Shown here: in pieces, positions 1 through 7,178 of the stretch | How the letters are laid out: each line of letters begins with the position of its first letter | Numbering within the stretch: the stretch's first letter is position 1 | Origin: Candidatus Methylomirabilota bacterium | Lineage (GTDB): Bacteria > Methylomirabilota > Methylomirabilia > Rokubacteriales > CSP1-6 | Direction: 5' to 3' | Length of the DNA stretch: 10,861 nucleotides | Assembly (NCBI GenBank): GCA_046726415.1 | Contig: JBKPAK010000134.1 | Location: 1-10,861, forward strand | Notes under the pieces: generated by a model | Seen by the model: only the letters and a program-made list of their open reading frames with translations | The model's database searches: none | Told to the model about the DNA's origin: nothing | Translations under genes and position numbers: made by a program

Positions 1-303
1 GTAGAGCGCCACCACGAAGGGATTGAGGGTACTGGCGAGCATTCGGCTCGACCCGATGGCCAGTCCGGCTCCCACGCCCAGCACGACGGCGACGGCGTAG
101 GCGACGGCCGTCTTGGCCAGCGTATCGCCGAGGCCGGCCACTGCTGTGGTGCCGATGCGCCCGAACGCTCGCGCCACCGCGCCGGGGGCCGGTACGAAGA
201 GAGGATCCACCCAGCCGGCGCGGGCCGCCATTTCCCACGCACCAAGCGCGGCCGTGACACTGACTGCCTGCAACATCGCGATCCGCACCCGGGTCGGGCT
301 CAC
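1..303 (-). CDS. ABC transporter permease, NitT/TauT/SsuC type (second permease; runs off the left edge)
   Basis: Not in the ORF track. Manual translation from GTG 303: MSPTRVRIAMLQAVSVTAALGAWEMAARAGWVDPLFVPAPGAVARAFGRIG...TLAKTAVAYAVAVVLGVGAGLAIGSSRMLASTLNPFVVALY. It has the hydrophobic helix, WE, P-x-P N-terminus of SsuC/TauC permeases and parallels the adjacent permease. Start uncertain because the frame is open further upstream. Confidence 0.85.
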   Translation of the reverse strand, partial: MSPTRVRIAMLQAVSVTAALGAWEMAARAGWVDPLFVPAPGAVARAFGRIGTTAVAGLGDTLAKTAVAYAVAVVLGVGAGLAIGSSRMLASTLNPFVVALY

Positions 304-376
304 CGCGTCCAACCGCAAGGGCAGGCCGTGGTCACGCCATCCCACTCGGGCGGGCTGATTCCCGGGCGGCTCACCT

Positions 377-1153
377 TCACTCCACCCAACTCTGCGCCCG
401 GCGCTCCACCAGGCTGGCCAGACCGTCGGAGGCCACGATCAGCAGCAGGGTGACGACCACGAGAGCCACGTAGTCCGCCGTTCTCAGCAGACCGTAGGCG
501 TGGTTGATGAGGGAGCCCATGCCGGCCTTGGAGCCAAGGATCTCCCCCACGATCACCCCGATGACTGCGAGCGCCAGGCCCGTTCGCAGTCCTCCTACCA
601 GCGTGAACAGCATACTCGGCACCATCACCTTGACGAAGGTCAGGGACGGGCTGGCGCCGAAGGCGCGGGCCACGGCCAGGAGGTGGGGGCTCACTTGGCG
701 GATTCCCGCGAGTACGGCGAGGGCGATGGGGAAGAACCCGAGGAGGAAGCCGAAGGCGATCTTCGACGCCGCGTCGAGACCGAAGAAGAGCATCAGCGAC
801 GGATACCAAACCACGGCGGGCACGGCATAGAGCGCGGCGAGGATGGGACCGTAGGCGCGTCCCACCGTGTGATGGAGGCCGAGGGCCGCGCCGCAGGCGA
901 GCCCGGTCGCCAGCGCGAGCGCATAGGCGATGGCGATCTCGCGTACGGTGAGGAGAAGATGTTCGACGAGGTCGGGGTACGTGCGCAGGGTGAGGACACC
1001 CAGCAGGGCTCCCGGCACCGCCGAGGGCGGCACGCCCAGCAGGGGGTTCCACGATCGGGCCAGCACTTCCCACCCGGCAAGGCCGACGGTGAGGATGGCC
1101 ATTCGGAGGAGGTGGATGGTCAGCCGATTCATCGCCGGGACGAGCGCTCTCAC
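377..1153 (-). CDS. ABC transporter permease, NitT/TauT/SsuC type
   Basis: C-terminal part of ORF 377..1558: several TM segments, GWEVLAR...VPPSAV, AVPAVVWYPSLMLFFG, EAA-loop-like LLAVARAFGAS, GEILGSKAGMG. Start is either GTG 1153 (GTGA overlap with the esterase stop) or ATG 1132. Confidence 0.9.
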   Translation of the reverse strand: MRALVPAMNRLTIHLLRMAILTVGLAGWEVLARSWNPLLGVPPSAVPGALLGVLTLRTYPDLVEHLLLTVREIAIAYALALATGLACGAALGLHHTVGRAYGPILAALYAVPAVVWYPSLMLFFGLDAASKIAFGFLLGFFPIALAVLAGIRQVSPHLLAVARAFGASPSLTFVKVMVPSMLFTLVGGLRTGLALAVIGVIVGEILGSKAGMGSLINHAYGLLRTADYVALVVVTLLLIVASDGLASLVERRAQSWVE

Positions 1154-2202
1154 GAGGCCCGGCGCTCCAATCGCTCTCGCACATAGTCGCCGATGGCCTG
1201 GGTGCAAGCCATCCCCTGCGGAATCGCCTTGGTCAAGGAGACGAAGGCGTGGATTTGTCCGGGGTACTCTCGGTAGACGACATCGACTCCGGCGGCCCGG
1301 AGCCGCTCGGCGTACATCTGTCCTTCGTCGCGAAGCGGATCGAAGCCGGCGGTGATCACCAGCGCGGGCGGCTGCCCAGTCAGATCGCGAGTGCGCAATG
1401 GCGCCGCCCGCGGGTCGGACCGGTCGGCATCTTGCCGCAAGTACTGTTGCGTGTACCAGGCGATGCGGTCGCGCGGAATGATGTGCGCGTCCTCGAACTC
1501 CCGGTGCGAGGGTGTGCCCAGGCCAAAGTCGAGGGCCGGATAGATGAGCACCTGGCACGCCGGCCCCGGATCGCCGGCGCTCCGCGCGAGCTGAGACACG
1601 ACGGCCGCGAGATTCCCGCCGGCTGAGTCACCGCCGACGCCGACCCATGTCGGATCGCCGCCGATCTCGCGTCCGCGCGCCCGGAGCCAGCGGTAGGCGG
1701 CCATGCAGTCCTCGACCGCCGCGGGGAACTTGTGCTCGGGCGCCAGCCGATAATCCACGGCGACCACCAGCGCGCCCGAGCGCAGGGCGAGTCGCGCGCA
1801 AAGGCCATGATGGGTCTCGAGATCTCCCTGCACCCAGCCGCCGCCGTGGAAGTAGGCCAGCACGGGCGTGGCGGCCCTCGACGTCCCCACCGGATCGTAG
1901 ATGCGCGCGGGGATCGCGCCAGCCGGGCCGGGAATGCCGATGTCCTCGGTGCGGGGCAGTGGCGGTGCCGGCTCGTCCATCAGTGCGACCATCGTGCGGA
2001 GTTGCTGGCGCAGCTCGGGCGGTGGCGGGAAATAGCCAGGCACGCGAATGGATTTGACGAACTCGCCCACGATCTGCGCCTTCGGGTCCATCGTCCGGCC
2101 GCCGTGGCTGATCCGGTGGCCCTCGAGGAAGCGCACGGCCTCCTCCTCGCTCATCTGCGTGTGCGCGAGTTCCAGGGTTGGCCTCGCACTCAGCTCGCTC
2201 AT
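1150..2202 (-). CDS. Alpha/beta hydrolase, hormone-sensitive-lipase (family IV) esterase
   Basis: HGGGW oxyanion motif, VDYRLAPEHKFP, GDSAGGNLA nucleophile, DPLRDEG (Asp) and HAF (His). GAGGAG upstream of ATG 2202. Confidence 0.95.
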   Translation of the reverse strand: MSELSARPTLELAHTQMSEEEAVRFLEGHRISHGGRTMDPKAQIVGEFVKSIRVPGYFPPPPELRQQLRTMVALMDEPAPPLPRTEDIGIPGPAGAIPARIYDPVGTSRAATPVLAYFHGGGWVQGDLETHHGLCARLALRSGALVVAVDYRLAPEHKFPAAVEDCMAAYRWLRARGREIGGDPTWVGVGGDSAGGNLAAVVSQLARSAGDPGPACQVLIYPALDFGLGTPSHREFEDAHIIPRDRIAWYTQQYLRQDADRSDPRAAPLRTRDLTGQPPALVITAGFDPLRDEGQMYAERLRAAGVDVVYREYPGQIHAFVSLTKAIPQGMACTQAIGDYVRERLERRAS

Positions 2203-2254
2203 ATTCGCTGGCTCCTCGATTCTGAGGTTTCTCGCGGACGGTGAGGTCCCTGTC

Positions 2255-3037
2255 TCAGCGGTCCAGGGCTCGCAGCGACTCGTCGCGGATTTCGCTCCAC
2301 AGCTTGGCCCTCAGGGTCACCAGCTCCGCGGACTCCATGGCCCGTGGATACGGCAGGGGGAGCTCCAGCGCGCTCTTGACGCGGCCGGGGCGCGCCGTCA
2401 TCACCACCACGTGTGTGGAGAGGGCCAGGGCCTCCTGCAAGCTGTGCGTCACGAACAGGACCGTCTTGCCCGTGCGTCGCCAGATGTCGAGGAGCCACTC
2501 GCCCATGAGGACGCGGGTCTGCTCGTCGAGAGCGCCGAACGGCTCGTCCATGAGGAGAATCGGCGTGTCGATGGCCAGCGCGCGGCCGATGGCCACGCGC
2601 TGCCGCATCCCACCCGACAGCTCGCGCGGATACTTGGCGCCGAAAGCGCTGAGTCCCAGCGGAACGAGCAACTCGCCGGCGATCTGCCGGCGCCGCTGGC
2701 GGGCCACTCCCTGGATCTCCAGGCCGAACTCGACATTTTCGAGTGCCGTCCGCCAGGGAAAGAGGCCGGGATCCTGAAAGACGGTGGCCACCCGGCGCGG
2801 ATCAGGGCCGTCGACCGGCACGCCGTCGATGAGCACGCGGCCGGCATCCGGCGCGACCAACCCGTTCACCAGTCCGAGCAGGGTCGACTTGCCGCACCCG
2901 GAGGGACCGATGATCGTGCAGAACTCCCCGGGGGCGACCTTGATCGACACGTCGTCCAGAGCGTTGACGGGTCCGGAGGAGGTGACGTAACGCTTGGCGA
3001 CCCCGTCGATGTGGATGAGGGGCGCGCCGTGCGTCAC
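2255..3037 (-). CDS. ABC transporter ATP-binding protein, NitT/TauT/SsuB type
   Basis: Walker [20 protein letters not shown], signature LSGGMRQR, Walker [13 protein letters not shown]-loop VTHS, RPGRV. GTG start overlaps the upstream TGA. Confidence 0.95.
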   Translation of the reverse strand: MTHGAPLIHIDGVAKRYVTSSGPVNALDDVSIKVAPGEFCTIIGPSGCGKSTLLGLVNGLVAPDAGRVLIDGVPVDGPDPRRVATVFQDPGLFPWRTALENVEFGLEIQGVARQRRRQIAGELLVPLGLSAFGAKYPRELSGGMRQRVAIGRALAIDTPILLMDEPFGALDEQTRVLMGEWLLDIWRRTGKTVLFVTHSLQEALALSTHVVVMTARPGRVKSALELPLPYPRAMESAELVTLRAKLWSEIRDESLRALDR

Positions 3038-4179
3038 CCGAGGTGGAGGATCTCGCGCGCGATCACGAGCCGCTGGATCTCCGACGTGCCCTCGCCGATC
3101 TCGGTGAGCTTGGCGTCGCGGAAAATGCGCTCGACGGCAAACTCCGCAATGTAGCCAGCTCCCCCGTGGATCTGTACCGCCTTGCTGGCCGCCTTCATGG
3201 CCGTCTCCGAGGCAAACAGCTTGGCCATCGCCGCCGTGTGCATGGCCGGTTGGCCGTGATCTTTGAGGTAGGCCGCTTGGAGCGTCAGCAGGCGCGCGGC
3301 GTCAACCTCGGTGGCCAGCTCCGCAATCATCCCTTGCAAGCCGTTGAACTCAGCCAGCGTCTTGCCGAAGGCCGTGCGCTGCTTCATGTACTTAACCGCC
3401 TGGTCCACGGCGGCCTGGGCCACCCCCACTGCCATCGCGGCCATGGCGATGCGCCCGCCCTCCAACACTTGCATGGCGTTGACGAAACCCATGCCGCGCT
3501 CGCCGCAGAGGTTACCGGCCGGCACGCGGGCATCCTCGAAGATCAGCTCGGCGGTGTCGGAGGCGTGCAAACCCAGCTTGCGATACGGCTTGCCCGCCGT
3601 GAAGCCGGGCATGCCCTTCTCGAGGACGAAGGCGGAGATGCCTTTCGATTTCTTCTCGGGATCGGTCCGGGCCATCACCACCGCCACGCCTCCCACGCTG
3701 GCGTTCGTGATGAAGGCCTTGCTGCCGTTCAGCACCCACTCCTCCGCATGCAGCTCGGCCCGGGTGCGGAGGGCCGCGGCGTCCGAGCCCGAGCCCGGCT
3801 CGGTCAGTCCCCAGGCGCCAAGCACCTCGCCGCTGGCCAGCCGGGGAAGATACTTGGCCTTCAGCGCCTTGGACGCGAACAGCGCGATGTGATTGGTGCA
3901 GAGAGAATTGTGCCCCCACATGGTGATGCCGACCGAGGCATCGCCGCGGTTCAACTCCTCGACGATGAGGGCATACGAGACGTAGTCGAGCCCGGCCCCT
4001 CCGTACCCGACGGGAACGAGAACGCCCATGAAGCCGAGGTCGCCGAGCTTGGCCACGATCTCGTGAGGAAACTCGTGGCGCTCGTCGTAGGGCGCGATCT
4101 TGTCACCGAGCTCCGCCTCCGCGAACTCCCGCGCGACATCGCGGATGCGGCGCTGGTCCTCGGTCAGCTCAAAATCCAT
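3034..4179 (-). CDS. Acyl-CoA dehydrogenase 2 (isovaleryl-CoA dehydrogenase-like pocket)
   Basis: [63 protein letters not shown]. The family is secure; the substrate is inferred. Confidence 0.95.
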   Translation of the reverse strand: MDFELTEDQRRIRDVAREFAEAELGDKIAPYDERHEFPHEIVAKLGDLGFMGVLVPVGYGGAGLDYVSYALIVEELNRGDASVGITMWGHNSLCTNHIALFASKALKAKYLPRLASGEVLGAWGLTEPGSGSDAAALRTRAELHAEEWVLNGSKAFITNASVGGVAVVMARTDPEKKSKGISAFVLEKGMPGFTAGKPYRKLGLHASDTAELIFEDARVPAGNLCGERGMGFVNAMQVLEGGRIAMAAMAVGVAQAAVDQAVKYMKQRTAFGKTLAEFNGLQGMIAELATEVDAARLLTLQAAYLKDHGQPAMHTAAMAKLFASETAMKAASKAVQIHGGAGYIAEFAVERIFRDAKLTEIGEGTSEIQRLVIAREILHLG

Positions 4180-4203
4180 CTTCGCCCTTTGGTGACTGGC
4201 CCC

Positions 4204-4455
4204 TCAGCTTCTGGGTTCCTTGGCTTTCAGCGCTCCGTCGTGCTCGCGGATGAAGGCGCGGATGTCGTTGCTCATGTCGAGCAGCTTGAGCCACTGCTCC
4301 TTGTAGAGGGTCACCGGGAAGCGGCCCAGCCCGTAGACCGAGACGCCACCCTTCTCGCTAACCCTCAACGATACCCCCCGCGAGCTCCGAGCTTTGAGCG
4401 CCTCGTTCTCGGCCCGCAGTCGTTCCATCTCCGTCCGCATGTCCTCGTCGCTCAT
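4204..4455 (-). CDS. Small hypothetical protein (83 aa), N-terminal coiled coil plus compact beta-beta-beta-alpha domain
   Basis: MSDEDMRTEMERLRAENEALK...VSEKGGVSVYGLGRFPVTLYKEQWLKLL. Natural protein composition, purine-rich upstream region (GAGGAGAAGGCGGAAGGG), fills the gap between two minus-strand genes. Confidence 0.85.
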   Translation of the reverse strand: MSDEDMRTEMERLRAENEALKARSSRGVSLRVSEKGGVSVYGLGRFPVTLYKEQWLKLLDMSNDIRAFIREHDGALKAKEPRS

Positions 4456-4510
4456 CGCCCTTCCGCCTTCTCCTCGTGTGATCGAGGATTCGCTGGCGCC
4501 GCCGGTCGTC

Positions 4511-4915
4511 TCACACCGGGGCGCGGATGTTGTTGTGGACGAAGCGGATGATGTCCTCGGTCGACGTGCCCGGCGTGAACAGTTCCTTGACCCCCATGGC
4601 CTTGAGTTCGGCGATGTCCTCGGGCGGAATGATACCGCCGCCGAACACGGCAATGTCGTCCGCGCCTTTTTCGCTCAGGAGCTCCAGCACTCGCTTGAAT
4701 AGATAGTTGTGGGCGCCGGACAGGACGGAGAGACCAATGGCATCGGCATCTTCCTGGATGGCCGTGGCCACGATCTGCTCTGGCGTTTGGTGCAGCCCCG
4801 TGTAGATCACCTCGAACCCGGCATCGCGTAGCGCCCGGGCCACGATCTTGGCGCCCCGGTCGTGTCCGTCCAGCCCAGGCTTGGCCACCACCACGCGAAC
4901 TTTGCGCTCGCTCAT
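4511..4915 (-). CDS. icmB: Acyl-CoA mutase small subunit, cobalamin-binding domain (IcmB/McmB-like)
   Basis: [13 protein letters not shown] (DxHxxG base-off/His-on motif), [23 protein letters not shown] 4915 overlaps the HIT stop (ATGA). The symbol is inferred from pairing with the large subunit. Confidence 0.9.
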   Translation of the reverse strand: MSERKVRVVVAKPGLDGHDRGAKIVARALRDAGFEVIYTGLHQTPEQIVATAIQEDADAIGLSVLSGAHNYLFKRVLELLSEKGADDIAVFGGGIIPPEDIAELKAMGVKELFTPGTSTEDIIRFVHNNIRAPV

Positions 4916-5337
4916 CCCTGCCGTCCTCCCATGGCCCTCCGGATCGCTTCGCCCGTCTTGCCGATGGCATCCCGGTCGGCGGGCACCTGCGGCCAGTCGA
5001 ACCCCTTGCCGTCGTCCTTCCATCGCGGAATGAGGTGCAGGTGGAAGTGGGGCACCGATTGAAATGCCGCGGGGCCGTTGGCCTGCAGCAGGTTCAGGCC
5101 ATCCGGATTGAGCGCCGAGCGCAGGGCGAGTGCCACCCGCTTGGCGGTGGCGATGGCCGCCGCCAGATCGGCCTCGTCGGCCTCCCAGAGCGTGCCCGCG
5201 TGGCGCTTGGTCACCACCAGGCAGTGCCCGCGGTTCAGCGGATTGATGTCCATGAAGCAGAGGGTCCCCGCATCCTCGTGGATCTTCACCGAGGGAATCT
5301 GGCCGTCGCGGATCTTGCAGAACACGCAGTCGGTCAT
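4912..5337 (-). CDS. HIT (histidine triad) family nucleotide hydrolase, HinT-like
   Basis: N-terminal [31 protein letters not shown] (HxHxH followed by hydrophobic residues). Confidence 0.95.
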   Translation of the reverse strand: MTDCVFCKIRDGQIPSVKIHEDAGTLCFMDINPLNRGHCLVVTKRHAGTLWEADEADLAAAIATAKRVALALRSALNPDGLNLLQANGPAAFQSVPHFHLHLIPRWKDDGKGFDWPQVPADRDAIGKTGEAIRRAMGGRQG

Positions 5338-5352
5338 GCCGTGACCTTAGAG

Positions 5353-5378
5353 TTGGAGGGGGCCGGGGCCCCCTCCAA
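5353..5378. repeat. Perfect 12-bp inverted repeat (GC-rich hairpin)
   Basis: TTGGAGGGGGCC (5353-5364), GG, GGCCCCCTCCAA (5367-5378). No U-tract follows on either strand. Confidence 0.95.
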
Positions 5379-5472
5379 ACCTCCCCATCCGCGCGGGGTG
5401 CCACACGCGCCCTCCAAACCTCCCCATCCGCGCGGGGTGCCACACGCGCCCTCCAACGGGGGGCCACACGTG
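5371..5472. repeat. 39-bp tandem repeat: two identical copies plus one internally deleted copy
   Basis: CCCTCCAAACCTCCCCATCCGCGCGGGGTGCCACACGCG at 5371-5409 and 5410-5448. The third copy at 5449-5472 is CCCTCCAA + CGGGGGGCCACACGTG (15 nt missing, 14/16 match in the tail). Confidence 0.95.
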
Positions 5473-5513
5473 TTCCGGCGCAGCCGTGGCATGCTTGGAT
5501 TCTTCGACAAGCT

Positions 5514-6581
5514 CTAGAGCTCCACCGTCCAACCGTGGGTGTCCGCCACCGTTCCGTACTGGATGCCCACGATCGTGTCGTAGAGCCGCTGGGTCAGCTC
5601 GCCGATCCGGCCGCCGCCGATGACGAGCCGGTGATGCTTGAAGGCCAGCTCGCCCACGGGCGAGATCACCGCGGCGGTGCCGGTCCCCCACATTTCCTTG
5701 AGCGTTCCGGCGGCGGCCGCCGCGATGACCTCATCGATCGAGATCGGGCGCTCGGCCACCGGATAGCCCCAGTCGCGAAGCAAGGTGAGGACGGAGTCGC
5801 GAGTTACCCCGGCCAGGATGGTGCCTGCCAGCGGCGGGGTGATCACCTCGTCGCCGATCCGCAGCATGATGTTCATGGTGCCGACCTCGTCGAGGTACGT
5901 GTGGTGGCGGCCGTCGAGCCACAGGACCTGGGTGAACCCCTGGTGCTTGGCCTGCTCGGCCGCGTAGAGACTGGCTGCATAGTTGGCGCCCGTCTTGGAT
6001 CCGCCGACGCCTCCTTCGACCGCGCGGACATGACGCTCCTCGGTAAGAATCTTCACCGGGTTGATGCCCTCGGGGTAGTAGGCGCCGACCGGCGACAGGA
6101 TCACGAAGTAGAGATAAGACTTGGCCGGGCGCACCCCCAGGAATGCCTCGTTGGCGATGATCGTCGGCCGGATGTAGAGCGACGTCCCGACCATGCTGGG
6201 CACCCAGTCGCGATCGACACCGACCAGGGTGACCAGCGAGCGCAGGGACAGCTCGGGGTCGAGTGGTGGGATGCACAGGCGCTCGGCCGAGTGGTTCAGC
6301 CGCTCGACGTGCTTCTGCGGCCGGAAGAGTCGGATCTTCCCGTCGCGGCCCCGGAAGGCCTTGAGCCCGTCGAAGACCGCCTGCGCGTAGTGGAGCACAG
6401 CCGCGGCCGGATCCAGGCTGAGCGGCCGGTACGGCTCCACGCGCGGATCGTACCAGCCCTTTTCCTCCTGGAAGTCGGCGACGAACATGTGATTGGTGAA
6501 TACCGTCCCGAAGGTCAAGTCCGCGTCCTTCGGTTTGGGCTTCCGCGTGGTCGCGAGGTTGATGCGGATCGCGTCGCTCAT
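5514..6581 (-). CDS. ilvE: Branched-chain amino acid aminotransferase (PLP fold type IV)
   Basis: [33 protein letters not shown], catalytic Lys in [46 protein letters not shown] 6581 overlaps the DinB stop (ATGA) with GAGGGGAG upstream. Confidence 0.95.
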   Translation of the reverse strand: MSDAIRINLATTRKPKPKDADLTFGTVFTNHMFVADFQEEKGWYDPRVEPYRPLSLDPAAAVLHYAQAVFDGLKAFRGRDGKIRLFRPQKHVERLNHSAERLCIPPLDPELSLRSLVTLVGVDRDWVPSMVGTSLYIRPTIIANEAFLGVRPAKSYLYFVILSPVGAYYPEGINPVKILTEERHVRAVEGGVGGSKTGANYAASLYAAEQAKHQGFTQVLWLDGRHHTYLDEVGTMNIMLRIGDEVITPPLAGTILAGVTRDSVLTLLRDWGYPVAERPISIDEVIAAAAAGTLKEMWGTGTAAVISPVGELAFKHHRLVIGGGRIGELTQRLYDTIVGIQYGTVADTHGWTVEL

Positions 6582-7168
6582 GCCAGTGTCTCCCCTCTCT
6601 TGCGCAGCGCGCGGACCTGGGTGCGGTGATCCAGCAGATGCAACCGCGCCGTGAGAGCGTATCCCTTCCACCCCAGCTCCGCATCGAACGTGTCCGGCTC
6701 CATCCGGCCGTCGGGCCGGGTGCGATTGATGACGAGGATGGTGCGTACGGTCAGCCCCGGGGCCGGCTCGCGTTCGACCGCGCGGCCGAGTAGCGCGTCG
6801 AACTCGGCGTTCGCCGCGGCCAACTCGGCCGTGAGATCCTCCCAGGCAATCCGGTGAGCAGCGCCCGAGGTCAGCGCCTCGTACACCGGCGGGGCAGGTG
6901 GCTGCCGCCCCTCGAGCAGGTGCCGCAGCTCGTCGGCGCTGCGGATGGTCGTCTGCGCGAGGTGGTCGACGACTTGGGCGATGGTCCACTCGCCGGGCAC
7001 GAGGACGGTGCGTGCCGTCGCCTCGTCCACGCCGTCGATGGCCGCCTCGAACTCGGCCACGGCGGCCCGGACGCGAGCACGGATCTGCGGAGCGGGAATC
7101 GCTTCCGCCCGCTGGGTCAAATACTCTCGCGCCCGCTGTCGTTCCGGCGAGAGCATCGTGGCGGTCAT
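6578..7168 (-). CDS. DinB/YfiT-superfamily protein
   Basis: WTIAQVVDHL and C-terminal HLLDHRTQV supply the three-His metal site typical of DinB four-helix bundles. GGGAGG precedes ATG 7168. Confidence 0.8.
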   Translation of the reverse strand: MTATMLSPERQRAREYLTQRAEAIPAPQIRARVRAAVAEFEAAIDGVDEATARTVLVPGEWTIAQVVDHLAQTTIRSADELRHLLEGRQPPAPPVYEALTSGAAHRIAWEDLTAELAAANAEFDALLGRAVEREPAPGLTVRTILVINRTRPDGRMEPDTFDAELGWKGYALTARLHLLDHRTQVRALRKRGETLA

Positions 7169-7178
7169 GCGCGCCTCC

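Noticed and set aside
113-358. 81-aa plus-strand ORF
   Set aside because: Antisense to the second permease, which has clear family features.
5353-5378. Intrinsic terminator
   Set aside because: Strong stem but no U-rich tail on either strand.
4916-5467. Long N-terminal extension of the B12-binding subunit (ORF 4511..5467)
   Set aside because: Overlaps the HIT gene in another frame and translates the repeat; the recognisable domain starts at ATG 4915.
5371-5472. Possible mini CRISPR array
   Set aside because: Units are directly adjacent with no unique spacers, and no cas genes are in the window.
5338-5513. Cobalamin riboswitch or T-box upstream of HIT-icmB
   Set aside because: No B12-box or T-box consensus recognised by eye, and most of the region is tandem repeat. 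An Rfam scan would be decisive.
6582-6989. N-terminal extension of IlvE (ORF 5514..6989); likewise the permease extension 1154..1558
   Set aside because: Arg/Pro/Ala-rich off-frame read-through of the upstream genes; better starts exist at 6581 and 1153/1132.
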